A stretch of 64,000 nt of DNA from Candidatus Aenigmatarchaeota archaeon (GCA_046537845.1 JBKHKA010000006.1:1486-65485), one strand, 5' to 3'; numbered from the stretch's first letter, positions 46,801 to 55,712 are shown. A program made the numbers and translations. Notes: generated from the letters alone by a model not told the origin.

Positions 46801-47805
46801 GAAGCTCTAGACGTACACAGAGACATGATAGGGAAAGAGGCAAACGTAAGAAAACTATCCATCAATAGAGAAGAGGAGGAAGAGCTTGAATACGTATATG
46901 AATGGAATATCAACGAAGAGGATGTCGAAATCGGGATCATCCCTCTTTATAAAACAAAACTTTTGGAATACTACCAGACCTTTTCCGGCATAGACCAAGA
47001 GATCGCCGAGAACTTGTACAAGGGAGGATTCACCTCTATGGAATCTCTAGCCAACGCTTCTGCTTCAGAGTTATCTGATATAGAGGGGATAAAAAGATCC
47101 CTCGCTAGGAGTATGATCCAGGCCATGGAGGAGGAGACGAAAGAAGTCGAAGAAGGTGGAGAGGAAGTCGAAAGGATGAAACCTAGCCTGGAAGAAAGAG
47201 AGAAACAGGTGGCAGAAAGGACGGAAACGGAGGTCGAAGGCGAAGAGTCCCGAGAAAGCTATCCCTCCGAGGGTCGAAAGGCATCTGAAGGTTCAGCCGA
47301 AGAGGAAACACCAGAAGAGGAAGAAAAAAAGACTTTGCCAGAAGGTATCTCAAGGAGCTCGACTTATCTTATAGATGAAAGAAATTCTGATGAAGAATCG
47401 TCTTTCGAACTGTTCAAAGAGATCTTAGAAACTGGTGAAAAAGGGCTCTGCGTGACGCGAGATTATCCTGATAAGGTCAGAGAGAAATATGGGCTAGAAG
47501 ATGTAGAGATCGTATGGCTCTCCAATGTTGATAGAGAGGATGTCATAAGGCCGAAGAGCCTGGAAAAGTTCAGCTTGACTATAGAGAATTTCCTGACCAA
47601 GAAGAAGGGAGTCATCCTGCTGAACGGTCTCGAATATTTGATCACTAACAACGATTTCAGAACCGTTTTACATCTGATCCAGTCTATAAAAGATCAGGTC
47701 GCCATCAACAAATCGATCATGATGATCCCGGTGAACCCGGCGACACTGGAAGATAACCAGATGGATCTTTTGACCGGGGAAGTTGATAAGGTCATAGAGC
47801 CATGA
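43831..47805 (+). CDS. IleRS-like class Ia aminoacyl-tRNA-synthetase paralog with degenerate catalytic motifs, fused to an (HhH)2-like module and a C-terminal DUF835-like domain
   Basis: It is collinear with IleRS (FNPREMEEK..., VTWCPRCKSPVVDTE, DWIVTRKKRWGISFPRW, GYDSLRLYMLSG). The HIGH position reads PPLSIKDDLNWDD and the KMSKS position reads DYKDVRG. The C-terminus is EGIKRSLARSMI (HhH) followed by GLCVTRDYPDKVREKYGLEDVEIVWLSNVD... (DUF835-like). Confidence 0.8.
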   Translation: MGNIPNFNPREMEEKTLERLESNDIDEKVKDSRKGGRNYYSVYPPLSIKDDLNWDDLYKIFLYDVWNRFKSMETFNVRHGLGYDPYNLRVERSVFEDQEDERKLLRGVDDEIWDEIIDELNEKSDEFKNEMTDQLRDFGLWRNLEFEYDTRTESFVDSVWWAVKELIEKDLLMKEEKPVTWCPRCKSPVVDTETLQKEQTKEKTLLKIPTSGGKERYFLVEVEDPWMLPSSMTLVADPEETYAVVRYLSQEEKAIQLLMREDKVEEMMEKGGVEEYEVVNTVEGEDLEGLRFKYPLFDKVSAHTDQEGKYIHKIMCSEKIEGEGTGLVLLTPPHDEKHWKIAKENGLSIYNPVAKNGHYDSGVRENKYSGLSAPQSDQIILDDLESKDLIFSRKEGKKEVKFCAACLNKVVKIPHREWFFNVSRKEDTVKNILEDVDLIPPEEDIDLRDWIVTRKKRWGISFPRWRCNCGNSFVPSDRSDLANNSDYNEEDPTTPDIISDVKIECEECGEMMEWEGKILNPIFIQASSPWAQLGYPTKEKEYQSWWPGEIFISKNAKRDDLLTATVTLSGALFEENSLKNMLMQGPIVSEIDYKDVRGLTEKQGYDSLRLYMLSGDPPWKTRKIEGEDLQYTHPLVRVLWNLKSFLKDHLEKHEAEPGETTLEFLKQNLDFEDEWILSCVESTKSRVKESYERARYDEAIEELKSLVMEDLAQWYFSRAKARLEGKDDEDVISSILKVLYESMMSAAKMIVPISPFIAENIYDDLDGKEESVFLCDWPEANQLLQNQELEGNMEEIKNIVGDIKGIKRKHGIPEKWPLKHIVYKGKSSESMNVVKRFGEMIKEKAKVENIETVEPDEEWDEKILEVYPNKEAIGKAYQQWKSRIATMLNQRKPEEIKEGVERGDFTIGIQGQIIEIKPEMVTFEAKLPEGFEEITREEQEIYVDLGIYADIWDEMMAKETILRLKSMREDFDLEEQDEIEAYIEASEEVAEALDVHRDMIGKEANVRKLSINREEEEELEYVYEWNINEEDVEIGIIPLYKTKLLEYYQTFSGIDQEIAENLYKGGFTSMESLANASASELSDIEGIKRSLARSMIQAMEEETKEVEEGGEEVERMKPSLEEREKQVAERTETEVEGEESRESYPSEGRKASEGSAEEETPEEEEKKTLPEGISRSSTYLIDERNSDEESSFELFKEILETGEKGLCVTRDYPDKVREKYGLEDVEIVWLSNVDREDVIRPKSLEKFSLTIENFLTKKKGVILLNGLEYLITNNDFRTVLHLIQSIKDQVAINKSIMMIPVNPATLEDNQMDLLTGEVDKVIEP

Positions 47806-47834
47806 AGTTCTTGGCGTTTTAGAAGGTGTTTCCG

Positions 47835-48731
47835 ATGGATATCGCTATCATAGGTCCTGGAGCCATGGGTACTTTTCTTGCCGGTCTACTGGCTAAAGAG
47901 AACAAAGTGACTTTATTCGGTCGTCGGGAGCATCAAGATATCAATAAGGTGAAGATAAAAGGTAAGACCGAACTGGAGATAGGAGTAGATTATGCCACGG
48001 ACTCCAGTAAATTGGCGGATGTAGAACTCGTCGTCATCTGCACTAAAGCCTTCGATACTGAAGAGGCGATCAAGAGTGTCGTCGATCACATACCTTCGAA
48101 GTGCGACATACTCTCTCTACAGAACGGATTGAAAAATGAAGAGATCATCGAGGACAATGTAGGCGAAGATCGCACTATAGGCGGGATCACCAGCCACGGT
48201 GTGACTTATCTAGGGATCGGAAAGGTGAGACATGCAGGGGAGGGGGAAACGGTGATAGGGGCATACCCTCACGGGGATCGAGCGGAGATAAAAAAGGTCG
48301 CCTCTACATTGAGCGAGGCTGGGATGAGAACGAAAATCAGCGATAACATACTGGGACACATATGGAAAAAAGTGATTATCAATGCTGGTATCAATCCGAT
48401 TACCGCATTATTAAGGATCAAAAACGGCTTTCTGTTGGAAGATAAGGATCTTCTTGCCCTGTTGAAAGAGGCTGTGAAAGAAGGTACAGAAGTGGCCGAA
48501 AGATATACCGATCTGCCTTTAGAGGACCTATTCGAGAAGACGAAAAGGGTGGCAGAGAGCACCGCTGAAAACCGATCCAGCATGCTCCAAGATATCCTGA
48601 ACAACAAGAGAACCGAAATCGACCAGATCAACGGGGCGGTGGTGGAAAAAGCTGACGAGTGCGGTATTTCCGTTCCGGTGAATAAAAGTCTCTATCGACT
48701 GGTCAGAGGGATGGAAAGTACTTATCTCTAG
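47835..48731 (+). CDS. panE: 2-dehydropantoate 2-reductase (ketopantoate reductase family)
   Basis: MDIAIIGPGAMGTFLAGLLAK (Rossmann fold) and an ApbA C-terminal domain with SSMLQDI and TEIDQINGAV. Confidence 0.85.
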   Translation: MDIAIIGPGAMGTFLAGLLAKENKVTLFGRREHQDINKVKIKGKTELEIGVDYATDSSKLADVELVVICTKAFDTEEAIKSVVDHIPSKCDILSLQNGLKNEEIIEDNVGEDRTIGGITSHGVTYLGIGKVRHAGEGETVIGAYPHGDRAEIKKVASTLSEAGMRTKISDNILGHIWKKVIINAGINPITALLRIKNGFLLEDKDLLALLKEAVKEGTEVAERYTDLPLEDLFEKTKRVAESTAENRSSMLQDILNNKRTEIDQINGAVVEKADECGISVPVNKSLYRLVRGMESTYL

Positions 48732-49954
48732 ATCCTTTCGCCAAGAAGATAAACGTCTTCCGCCTTCTTGATATTCACCTTAACCCGTTCACCGATGAGG
48801 TCTTCATCCTCGTTCTTTAAAACCACTACCTTGTAATTGTCCATCCTAGCCTTCAGCGAATCGTTCTTTCCTTTTTCCAATACTAGTACGGTTGTCTCCT
48901 TTCCTACGTACTCTCGGTTCAACTCTCTGCTTATCTGGAATCTCAGCTTGGTCATCTCTTTGGATCTCCTCTTCTTTTCTCTCGAATGAACCTTATTGTC
49001 CATCTCTGCGGCCCTAGTCCCTGGTCTAGGACTGAACCTGGTCACGTTCACTATATCCGGTTTCGCTTGTTCGATCACCTTTTTGGTCCTCTCAAAATCC
49101 TCTTCGGTCTCTTCAGGGAATCCCACTATCACGTCAGTAGAGAGAGTGAGTTCCGGGAACTCCTCTCTGAATTCTTTTGTCAGTTCTTTCCATCCATCCA
49201 CATCGTAATTTCTGTTCATCTTTTTCAGTATGGGATCGGACCCGGATTGTAGAGGAAGGTGGAGAAAGGTGTATATCCTCTCGTCATGCATCAATTCCAT
49301 GAAATCGTCCTTGATCTCCTTCAAGGCATCGACGTTCATCATCCCCACTCTTATGCGGTAATCTCCTTCTATATCCAGCAGCTGTTCGAGGAGTTCGTTA
49401 AGGTCGGTGGAGATATCTTTACCGTAAAGAGCCGTATCCTGACAGGTCAACCTGATCTCTTTAGCCGAGGAGGAGACGAGTTCTTTGAAACGCTTTTTTA
49501 TCCTTTCGGGCGGTCTGCTGGTCAAACTGCCTCGAGCGATCTTGGTTATACAGTAGGTGCAGTTTCCATAACATCCGGAAGCTATGGGTATGGTACCTAT
49601 GATATTGTCTTCCATTGGCGAAGAAGTCATCTTCACCTCTTGTGGCTGTATGAAGTCTAGCAGTGACTCTAGATAAGCGAAGTTATCTTTGGATCTTCCA
49701 GAACTTCCGTTAGATATGGAGGACAAACACCCTGAGACCATCACCTTAGAAACTTCTTTCTGCAGCTCTTCGATCCTGCGCTTCATCCTCTTCTCGGTTT
49801 TCTGGATCACCACACACGTCCCGATCAGAGCCTGGTCCGCATCCTCCAATGAATCCACTCTCCGGTGACCCTTTTCTTTCAGAGATTCGGCTATCATCTC
49901 CGTTTCTCCCTGATTCATGGTGCATCCGTAGGATTCCACGTAGAACTTCATCAA
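48728..49954 (-). CDS. radical-SAM methylthiotransferase, MiaB/MtaB (CDKAL1-like) family
   Basis: It has the UPF0004 N-domain (FYVESYGCTMNQGETE), the radical-SAM CxxxCxxC motif (GCYGNCTYCITKIARG) and a C-terminal TRAM-like region. Confidence 0.88.
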   Translation of the reverse strand: MMKFYVESYGCTMNQGETEMIAESLKEKGHRRVDSLEDADQALIGTCVVIQKTEKRMKRRIEELQKEVSKVMVSGCLSSISNGSSGRSKDNFAYLESLLDFIQPQEVKMTSSPMEDNIIGTIPIASGCYGNCTYCITKIARGSLTSRPPERIKKRFKELVSSSAKEIRLTCQDTALYGKDISTDLNELLEQLLDIEGDYRIRVGMMNVDALKEIKDDFMELMHDERIYTFLHLPLQSGSDPILKKMNRNYDVDGWKELTKEFREEFPELTLSTDVIVGFPEETEEDFERTKKVIEQAKPDIVNVTRFSPRPGTRAAEMDNKVHSREKKRRSKEMTKLRFQISRELNREYVGKETTVLVLEKGKNDSLKARMDNYKVVVLKNEDEDLIGERVKVNIKKAEDVYLLGERI

Positions 49955-50043
49955 AAGTGAATTTGGACGGAGGGGTATTTATTTTTGCCTATCATCTGAG
50001 GGCTAGGTAAGGCTTTTAAGCTACGTCTCCGTTATCAAAAACG

Positions 50044-51411
50044 ATGCGGGTCCTACATCTTTCGGAAAAAGCGATAAAAAATCATACTGAAAGGGAATTA
50101 AGAGATCTGGATAGATATTTTGATCCTGATCTCACTTTGGCTTCGGGTTTTGGAAAGAAAAGTAGGAAAAAAAAGGAAGTAGAGAAAGCCAGTTCTTACG
50201 AGACCATATACCTTGAAGACGTCGACGGTTACGAACAGAGGAATTTAGGTGATGAGTCTCTTATAGTGGTAAGGGACGAAGAATCGGTAAAAGAAGCTGT
50301 AAAAGAAAAAGCGTCATTCAAGGGTAAAAGAACTCTAGTCTTCACGGACTTGATAAAGGAGGAGATAGATCAGTCAAGTTTTGAATACAGGTTGATGAAC
50401 ACCTCCATCATAGATAGACTTTCTGATGAGGTGGACAACTTCCACGTATTCTCGACTGAGATGGAAGCCGGAAAGAAACAATCCCATAAAAGCCGATACA
50501 TCTATGGGCTGGGACCGTGTTTCGACAGAGAGGGCGTAAAGATACCTTTTCTTTCAAGCGGGAAAGGTTTTAAAGTGAAGACATTTCCCGCGGAGCGGGT
50601 AGGCCTTCTAGCGATACCTGACCTCGGAAAAAAATTTTCCAACGTTTTGAGAAGAAAAGGTATAGAGGACAGAGCCGCCTTAAAAGAATGCGAACCCGAA
50701 GAACTGATGAAGCAGGAAGGAGTAGGACCCTATCGGTGCACCAAGTGGATCTCTTCCGCAGAAGCAATAGAGGAAGGAAGTGTATACAGGATACAGGAGA
50801 ACGATCTGGAAGGTAAGCACCGGATATATATCGATATAGAGACCGATTCATTAAGACCTAAGATAGTCTGGCATATCGGGCTTTACGACGATGTAGAAGA
50901 GAAATACCTCTCCTTCCTTGAAAAGGAACCCGATAAGAAGGGAAGGATCATCAAGAGATTCGGCAGTTACTTGGAAAAACATGGTGAACCGGAAACTGTG
51001 CTCCTAGCCTGGTACGGGTCGGGTTTCGATTTCAAGGTCTTAGACGACTTCTTTGAAAAGTACGGACAGGAATTTCTAAAAACCTGGCGTCGAACAGAAA
51101 AGGTGGACCTGATGAGATGGGTGAAAAAGCACGCCGTCACCTCCTGCAGGACCTCAAAACTCGATGATGTGGCAGGATGTTTGGGATATGAAAGGGGAAA
51201 GGAGAGCATGGAACTCAGCGGAAAAGAAGTTGCCCGCATCTATTCAGATCACATGATCGGAAGAGGCGGAGAGCCTGACTGGACTTCTCTGAAAGAATAT
51301 GCCAAAGACGATGTGATATCTTTGAAATTTATCTATGACGAGATCAGTCAAGCTCCCATGAAGTACGATCTGAAAGAGATGAAAAAAAGATACAGGAGAA
51401 ACTGTTTTTAA
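50044..51411 (+). CDS. predicted RNase H-fold (DnaQ/YprB-like) exonuclease with an internal HhH module
   Basis: IYIDIETDSL (ExoI-like DxE), LLAWYGSGFDFKVL (ExoII-like) and YAKDDVISL (ExoIII-like). It is preceded by IPDLGKKFSNVLRRKGIEDRAAL...EGVGPYRCTKWI. Confidence 0.65.
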   Translation: MRVLHLSEKAIKNHTERELRDLDRYFDPDLTLASGFGKKSRKKKEVEKASSYETIYLEDVDGYEQRNLGDESLIVVRDEESVKEAVKEKASFKGKRTLVFTDLIKEEIDQSSFEYRLMNTSIIDRLSDEVDNFHVFSTEMEAGKKQSHKSRYIYGLGPCFDREGVKIPFLSSGKGFKVKTFPAERVGLLAIPDLGKKFSNVLRRKGIEDRAALKECEPEELMKQEGVGPYRCTKWISSAEAIEEGSVYRIQENDLEGKHRIYIDIETDSLRPKIVWHIGLYDDVEEKYLSFLEKEPDKKGRIIKRFGSYLEKHGEPETVLLAWYGSGFDFKVLDDFFEKYGQEFLKTWRRTEKVDLMRWVKKHAVTSCRTSKLDDVAGCLGYERGKESMELSGKEVARIYSDHMIGRGGEPDWTSLKEYAKDDVISLKFIYDEISQAPMKYDLKEMKKRYRRNCF

Positions 51412-51432
51412 GGTAGTAAAGAAGAGACTCCA

Positions 51433-52161
51433 TCAAAATTTCCAGATTACCTCGTCACCCGGCTCGGAATAATGGAATATCTCCGTTTTTGCGTCCCAAC
51501 CCTCCTCGACCAGATCGTCGATCCACTCTTCCGATCCAAAGGTGTGTATCGGCACGAAATAAGTGGGTTTCACTCGCTCGATGAATTCTATCGGGCCCGC
51601 CCAACTGGGCAAACGCTCATCCATGTTCGAAAAGGCGATATCGATCTTTTCTTTTTCCAATGATCTCACGACTTCATCGAAGACCCTGACGTGATCTTCT
51701 CTCTTCTTTTCACTCCACTCAGGCCAGTCCCATTTAGCAAGGTCCCCTCCAAAATAGACCTTCAGACCTGCGAATCTGATGAGAAAAGCCACCCCTGCAT
51801 CGTTGCTCTCGAAGGTTCTTATCTGCATATCGTCAAGGGAATAAGTCGAATCCGGATTAGCTTCGAGTAAATCTCCATTCAGCTTAGGAAAGAGAGCGGT
51901 ATACACATCGCTTGAGAGTATGAAATGCGTCTTTTCAGCGTCTGAAGAGAATTTGACCACGTCTGGAGAAAAATGGTCGCCGTGGGCGTGTGAAATGAAT
52001 ACGTAGAGCTCCTTTCCCCTCAATTGTGTCTTTAATCCCTCTTCCGCTCTTTTATCTACCCTACTGCCAGGATAATCATATAGAAACACCTTCTTATCTA
52101 CTTCCAAGGAGAAACAACTATGGTACAGGTAAGTTATCTTCACTTCCATCTTTTTCACCAT
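51433..52161 (-). CDS. metallo-beta-lactamase-fold hydrolase
   Basis: ITYLYHSCFSLE and the motif FISHAHGDHF. It is a COG2220-like small MBL. Confidence 0.75.
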   Translation of the reverse strand: MVKKMEVKITYLYHSCFSLEVDKKVFLYDYPGSRVDKRAEEGLKTQLRGKELYVFISHAHGDHFSPDVVKFSSDAEKTHFILSSDVYTALFPKLNGDLLEANPDSTYSLDDMQIRTFESNDAGVAFLIRFAGLKVYFGGDLAKWDWPEWSEKKREDHVRVFDEVVRSLEKEKIDIAFSNMDERLPSWAGPIEFIERVKPTYFVPIHTFGSEEWIDDLVEEGWDAKTEIFHYSEPGDEVIWKF

Positions 52162-52287
52162 GTGTTAAGAGCAAAGCTGTATATCTATACCTCTCGCAGG
52201 TTTTTACTTTTTTGTTTCCTTATAGCCAAGTTTCACACCTCCCTCTCTTCTCAACCTTTAAGTAAAGCTTTTCACATCTTGAAGACG

Positions 52288-53328
52288 ATGCTTGAAGACT
52301 TATATGAGGCCATGAGTGAGCTTTCACAAACTCCAGAAGAGTGGGGTGAACCTTCCTTCAGCCAGGAACAGTATTACGAGCCGGTTCCGCTGTCCGAGAA
52401 CAATCTAGATCACTATGACGTCAAAGAAGACAAAAAGACCGTCTGCTGTATCGATGGAGGTAACAACAAGATATACGAAACTCCTACGGACAGTATACAC
52501 CTCATCAAGGTCTATTTCAACCTGTTCAGGGGGAAAAGAAGGATGAAGAATTTTGATCCGTTCACAGCCATACTGGTTTCAAGGTCCGAAGGAGAAAAAG
52601 TCGAATGTGAGTTGAGGCCGCAGAACGATGTTTTGCCCCTGGAAAAGACCTCCTATGTTCTCAATGAAGATGAGCTGGAAAACGGCAGTCCAGTGAGTTC
52701 CGGTCATACCATCAGAAAGTATATCGAATGGAAAGCTCTTCAGTACATGGCGGAGGAACTTCTAGCTCCAAAAGATATAGTTGTGAGGGACGGGGTATTG
52801 CAGACCACTGTGGAAAGGGAGAGAAGATACGCTGAAGAAGCATATGATAGGGTGGAAAAAAACGGGGTCGTCCTGGTGGGGATAGCCAAGACCAGCTCTT
52901 TGAAAACCACCACGGGTTATCCTTTGGTCGCCTCTATACAATCCATCGCCCGCGAAGCAGGTAAAGGTGAAGAACGGTGGTATTATCATCCAGTAGCTCA
53001 CACCTCACATCCGGACCACAAAGGAGAGATGTACGTGGTGAAATATCATCCTTCTTCTCAGTATGCGTTCCGGACCGAATTTTACAGGGAAAACCATGAG
53101 CAGATGGAAAAGAAAGAGGTGGAAGAAGTCTTAGGTCATCTTGCATTTCAGGCCCAGGACCCTATATTTCTAGGTTATCCCTACGGTCTGGTGGACGTTG
53201 ACAAAAGGGCAAGAGTAACCGACGAGGAAGTCGAGTACCTCAGGAACATGGGAGACAATAAGATGAGCAAAACCTTTAGGGACAAAGTGAATGCGGTCAA
53301 CGCCCACGATAGGTTGAGCGAGATATGA
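52288..53328 (+). CDS. nurA: NurA-like nuclease
   Basis: CCIDGGNN, IVVRDGVLQ, VGIAKTSSL and FLGYPYGLVDVDKRARV match NurA catalytic and structural motifs as I recall them. It lies directly upstream of herA. The ATG at 52288 is chosen. The track start at 52120 overlaps the divergent MBL gene. Confidence 0.7.
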   Translation: MLEDLYEAMSELSQTPEEWGEPSFSQEQYYEPVPLSENNLDHYDVKEDKKTVCCIDGGNNKIYETPTDSIHLIKVYFNLFRGKRRMKNFDPFTAILVSRSEGEKVECELRPQNDVLPLEKTSYVLNEDELENGSPVSSGHTIRKYIEWKALQYMAEELLAPKDIVVRDGVLQTTVERERRYAEEAYDRVEKNGVVLVGIAKTSSLKTTTGYPLVASIQSIAREAGKGEERWYYHPVAHTSHPDHKGEMYVVKYHPSSQYAFRTEFYRENHEQMEKKEVEEVLGHLAFQAQDPIFLGYPYGLVDVDKRARVTDEEVEYLRNMGDNKMSKTFRDKVNAVNAHDRLSEI

Positions 53329-53360
53329 AACTATAGAATATAAAGATAGGAGACGATATC

Positions 53361-54863
53361 ATGCCTATAGGTCAGATAGTAGGAGGAGAGTACGGCGAAG
53401 TTTTGATCAGACAGAAGAGTGGGAAGACTATAGAGATAGGAGACCTTTTAGCAATAGACGACCTCATCCTTCAGGTGCTGGACCTAGAATACGGTTCCCT
53501 TTTAGAACAGACCGATATAGAGAGGATGAGCGGGATGGAATTAGAGGGGTATGAAGAAACGGCACTGATGGAAGAAGAGATAAGGAACTATATCTACGCC
53601 AAGGCTAAACCTCTGGTGAGGATCAAAGATGGAAAACCCAGGATACCCAAGATATTACCTCCCTTTTTCGGAAGTCTGGACCGAGTGGATAAAGAAGATT
53701 TTGAATTTTTGGAAGAGCCGGAGAACAGCCTTTACCTCGGTAGAGTCAGGAGCGGCAGTCAGGAGTTAGATGTCCCTATCCATATAAACGGTAAAAAGGC
53801 ACTCTCACATCATATATTGATACCCGCAACCACCGGTAGAGGGAAAAGCAATCTCGTGAAGGTGATGCTCTGGAATCTGATCCCAAAGGATTACGCCGGC
53901 CTTATCATAATCGATCCTCACGATGAATACTACGGGAGGAACGAACTGGGGGCAAAAGATCATCCCGAAGCTGGAAAGAAGGTCGATTATTATTCTACCA
54001 ACCCTCCTCCAGGTGGTTACCACCTGCGGATCAATCTTTCGATCTTAAGACCCTGGAATCTGAAAGGCGTGGTGGAACTCTCCGAGGCCCAGAACCAGGC
54101 GCTCTACGTTTACTATGCCCACCATAGTAAGAATTGGTTAGAAGCTCTATTGACCTCGGACGCCGAAGAAGTTGGCAGGTACGGGATACAAGAGACCACT
54201 TTGGACGCATTAAAGCGGAAGCTAAGGCTCACTTTCGATCTCGAAGTGAAGAACGGAGAAGTGAGACCCATGGGCAATATATTCGTCAATAAAGGTTCGG
54301 AGAGCTTGGTTAAAGATATAGCAAAAGCTGTTGAAGAAGGAAAAAAAGTCATCCTCGATACCAGTTCTCTGCCGCAGAACAAAGAGCTCCTGATAGCCAG
54401 CATAATCACTGACAGAGTCTTTAAAAATTACAAAGAATACAAAGAGAAGGGCGAACTGGACAAAAAGCCCACCGCCGCTATAGTCATAGAGGAAGCTCCT
54501 AGAGTTCTGGGCGAGAGGGCGGGGAGGAACGTCTTCCACCAGATAGCCAGGGAAGGAAGGAAATTCAGGACTGGCCTTATAGCGATCACGCAGCTTTCTA
54601 GTATGATACCTAGAGAGATACTGGCGAACATGAACACGAAGATCATACTGGGAAACGAGATGAAGAGTGAGAGGGACGCGATAATAGGAAGTGCCGCTCA
54701 AGACCTCTCCAAAGACAGCAAGAACATCGCCAGCCTCGACAAAGGTGAGGCCATCGTGAGCAGCATCTTCACCAAATTTGCAGTACCTATCAAGATCGAT
54801 CTGTTCGATGATCTGGTCGAAGAAGAAAAGGGGAGCGAAAAACAACTGGAATTTTTCGGCTGA
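53361..54863 (+). CDS. herA: HerA-type (DUF87/FtsK-HerA superfamily) hexameric ATPase
   Basis: There is an N-terminal HAS-barrel-like segment, Walker [11 protein letters not shown] and Walker [11 protein letters not shown], then [20 protein letters not shown]. Confidence 0.88.
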   Translation: MPIGQIVGGEYGEVLIRQKSGKTIEIGDLLAIDDLILQVLDLEYGSLLEQTDIERMSGMELEGYEETALMEEEIRNYIYAKAKPLVRIKDGKPRIPKILPPFFGSLDRVDKEDFEFLEEPENSLYLGRVRSGSQELDVPIHINGKKALSHHILIPATTGRGKSNLVKVMLWNLIPKDYAGLIIIDPHDEYYGRNELGAKDHPEAGKKVDYYSTNPPPGGYHLRINLSILRPWNLKGVVELSEAQNQALYVYYAHHSKNWLEALLTSDAEEVGRYGIQETTLDALKRKLRLTFDLEVKNGEVRPMGNIFVNKGSESLVKDIAKAVEEGKKVILDTSSLPQNKELLIASIITDRVFKNYKEYKEKGELDKKPTAAIVIEEAPRVLGERAGRNVFHQIAREGRKFRTGLIAITQLSSMIPREILANMNTKIILGNEMKSERDAIIGSAAQDLSKDSKNIASLDKGEAIVSSIFTKFAVPIKIDLFDDLVEEEKGSEKQLEFFG

Positions 54864-55183
54864 GCAGAAAGGAAATTTTAAGTCAAAGCATTCCTCACGG
54901 TCAGCAGTGTCAAGATCCAACTGAGTACTCCGCCCCATCCTCTATTAGGTCTGATCCTGGGGGCTGGCGCCTTGGTCGAACTACTCTCAGTTCCTTCCCT
55001 GATGGACCTAGCACTTTATTTCCTATTGATAAACTTAGTGTGCAATATCAATTGTTTGTACGACGTGAATATAGATGAAAAATGTGAACCCCACATTCAT
55101 AACCGACCCGATATCCCCTCCTTTTGATGGCCGCTACTGCTCTATATATGACCTGAGTGAAAATCGCAATTCTTGACCCCTGC

Positions 55184-55378
55184 TCAACCTCTAGGACCTC
55201 TCCTATCTTTTTCGGTAGTACTCCTGTTTTGAGCCTCCTCTACTTTGTCTGCATATCCTATACACAAAGGGCAGGGGCTCCTTCTTTCGATCATCGTGGG
55301 CTCTCTTTTTTCTTTTAAAACTGGTTTTTTGAGACGACCTATGAAGAGCTTTTTGATCCTTTTGAGGAGCTGCATCAA
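55184..55378 (-). CDS. hypothetical 64-aa basic protein with a single CPLC motif
   Basis: The ORF has a TATA-like ACTTTATAAGTC about 30 nt upstream of the ATG. There is no recognisable family and coding status is uncertain. Confidence 0.3.
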   Translation of the reverse strand: MMQLLKRIKKLFIGRLKKPVLKEKREPTMIERRSPCPLCIGYADKVEEAQNRSTTEKDRRGPRG

Positions 55379-55441
55379 ACATGTATATGTTCTTAGAGAC
55401 TTATAAAGTTATCCTACTCTGAAAGCGGGAGCGCAAAGAAC

Positions 55442-55699
55442 TCAAAAAGATTCGCCGAACCTATCTGGTTCATCCGTATCGGCCTGTGGAATAGCTCCTT
55501 TACCAGCTTTGAAAAATACGATTATGAAGAAAACTGTAAAGATCATCAATAAACAAAATCCATCAAAATCCCCCATAAATTTTCCTAGATACCACAATAC
55601 CCATAAGACGGCGATGAGAACTGCGACACTGGCCAGCAAAGCCAACCGCACTTTCGGATGTAATCCTTTCATTTTTCTCCCCTTTGCTTTCGGAATCAA
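55442..55699 (-). CDS. hypothetical 85-aa two-TM membrane protein
   Basis: It has two clear hydrophobic helices (LALLASVAVLIAVLWVLWYL and FCLLMIFTVFFIIVFF) and lies directly downstream of the 765-aa coiled-coil gene on the same strand. Confidence 0.45.
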   Translation of the reverse strand: MIPKAKGRKMKGLHPKVRLALLASVAVLIAVLWVLWYLGKFMGDFDGFCLLMIFTVFFIIVFFKAGKGAIPQADTDEPDRFGESF

Positions 55700-55712
55700 A
55701 TCATTTATATTT

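Noticed and set aside
52120-52287. A 56-codon N-terminal extension of the NurA-like ORF.
   Set aside because: It overlaps the divergent MBL gene start and its promoter, and it has an odd composition (HFHLFHHVLRAKLYIY). ATG 52288 sits about 25 nt downstream of a TATA-like element.
54975-55015. A minus-strand stretch GGUCCAUCAGGGAAGGAACUGAGAG...CAAGGCGCC reminiscent of the SRP RNA helix-8 region (GGAAGGAAGCAGCCAAGG).
   Set aside because: I could not build the closing base pairs for a GNAR tetraloop, the helix 5/6/8 architecture, or the conserved 5'/3' Alu-domain pairing. The similarity is limited to a purine-rich run. A covariance-model scan is needed before any call.
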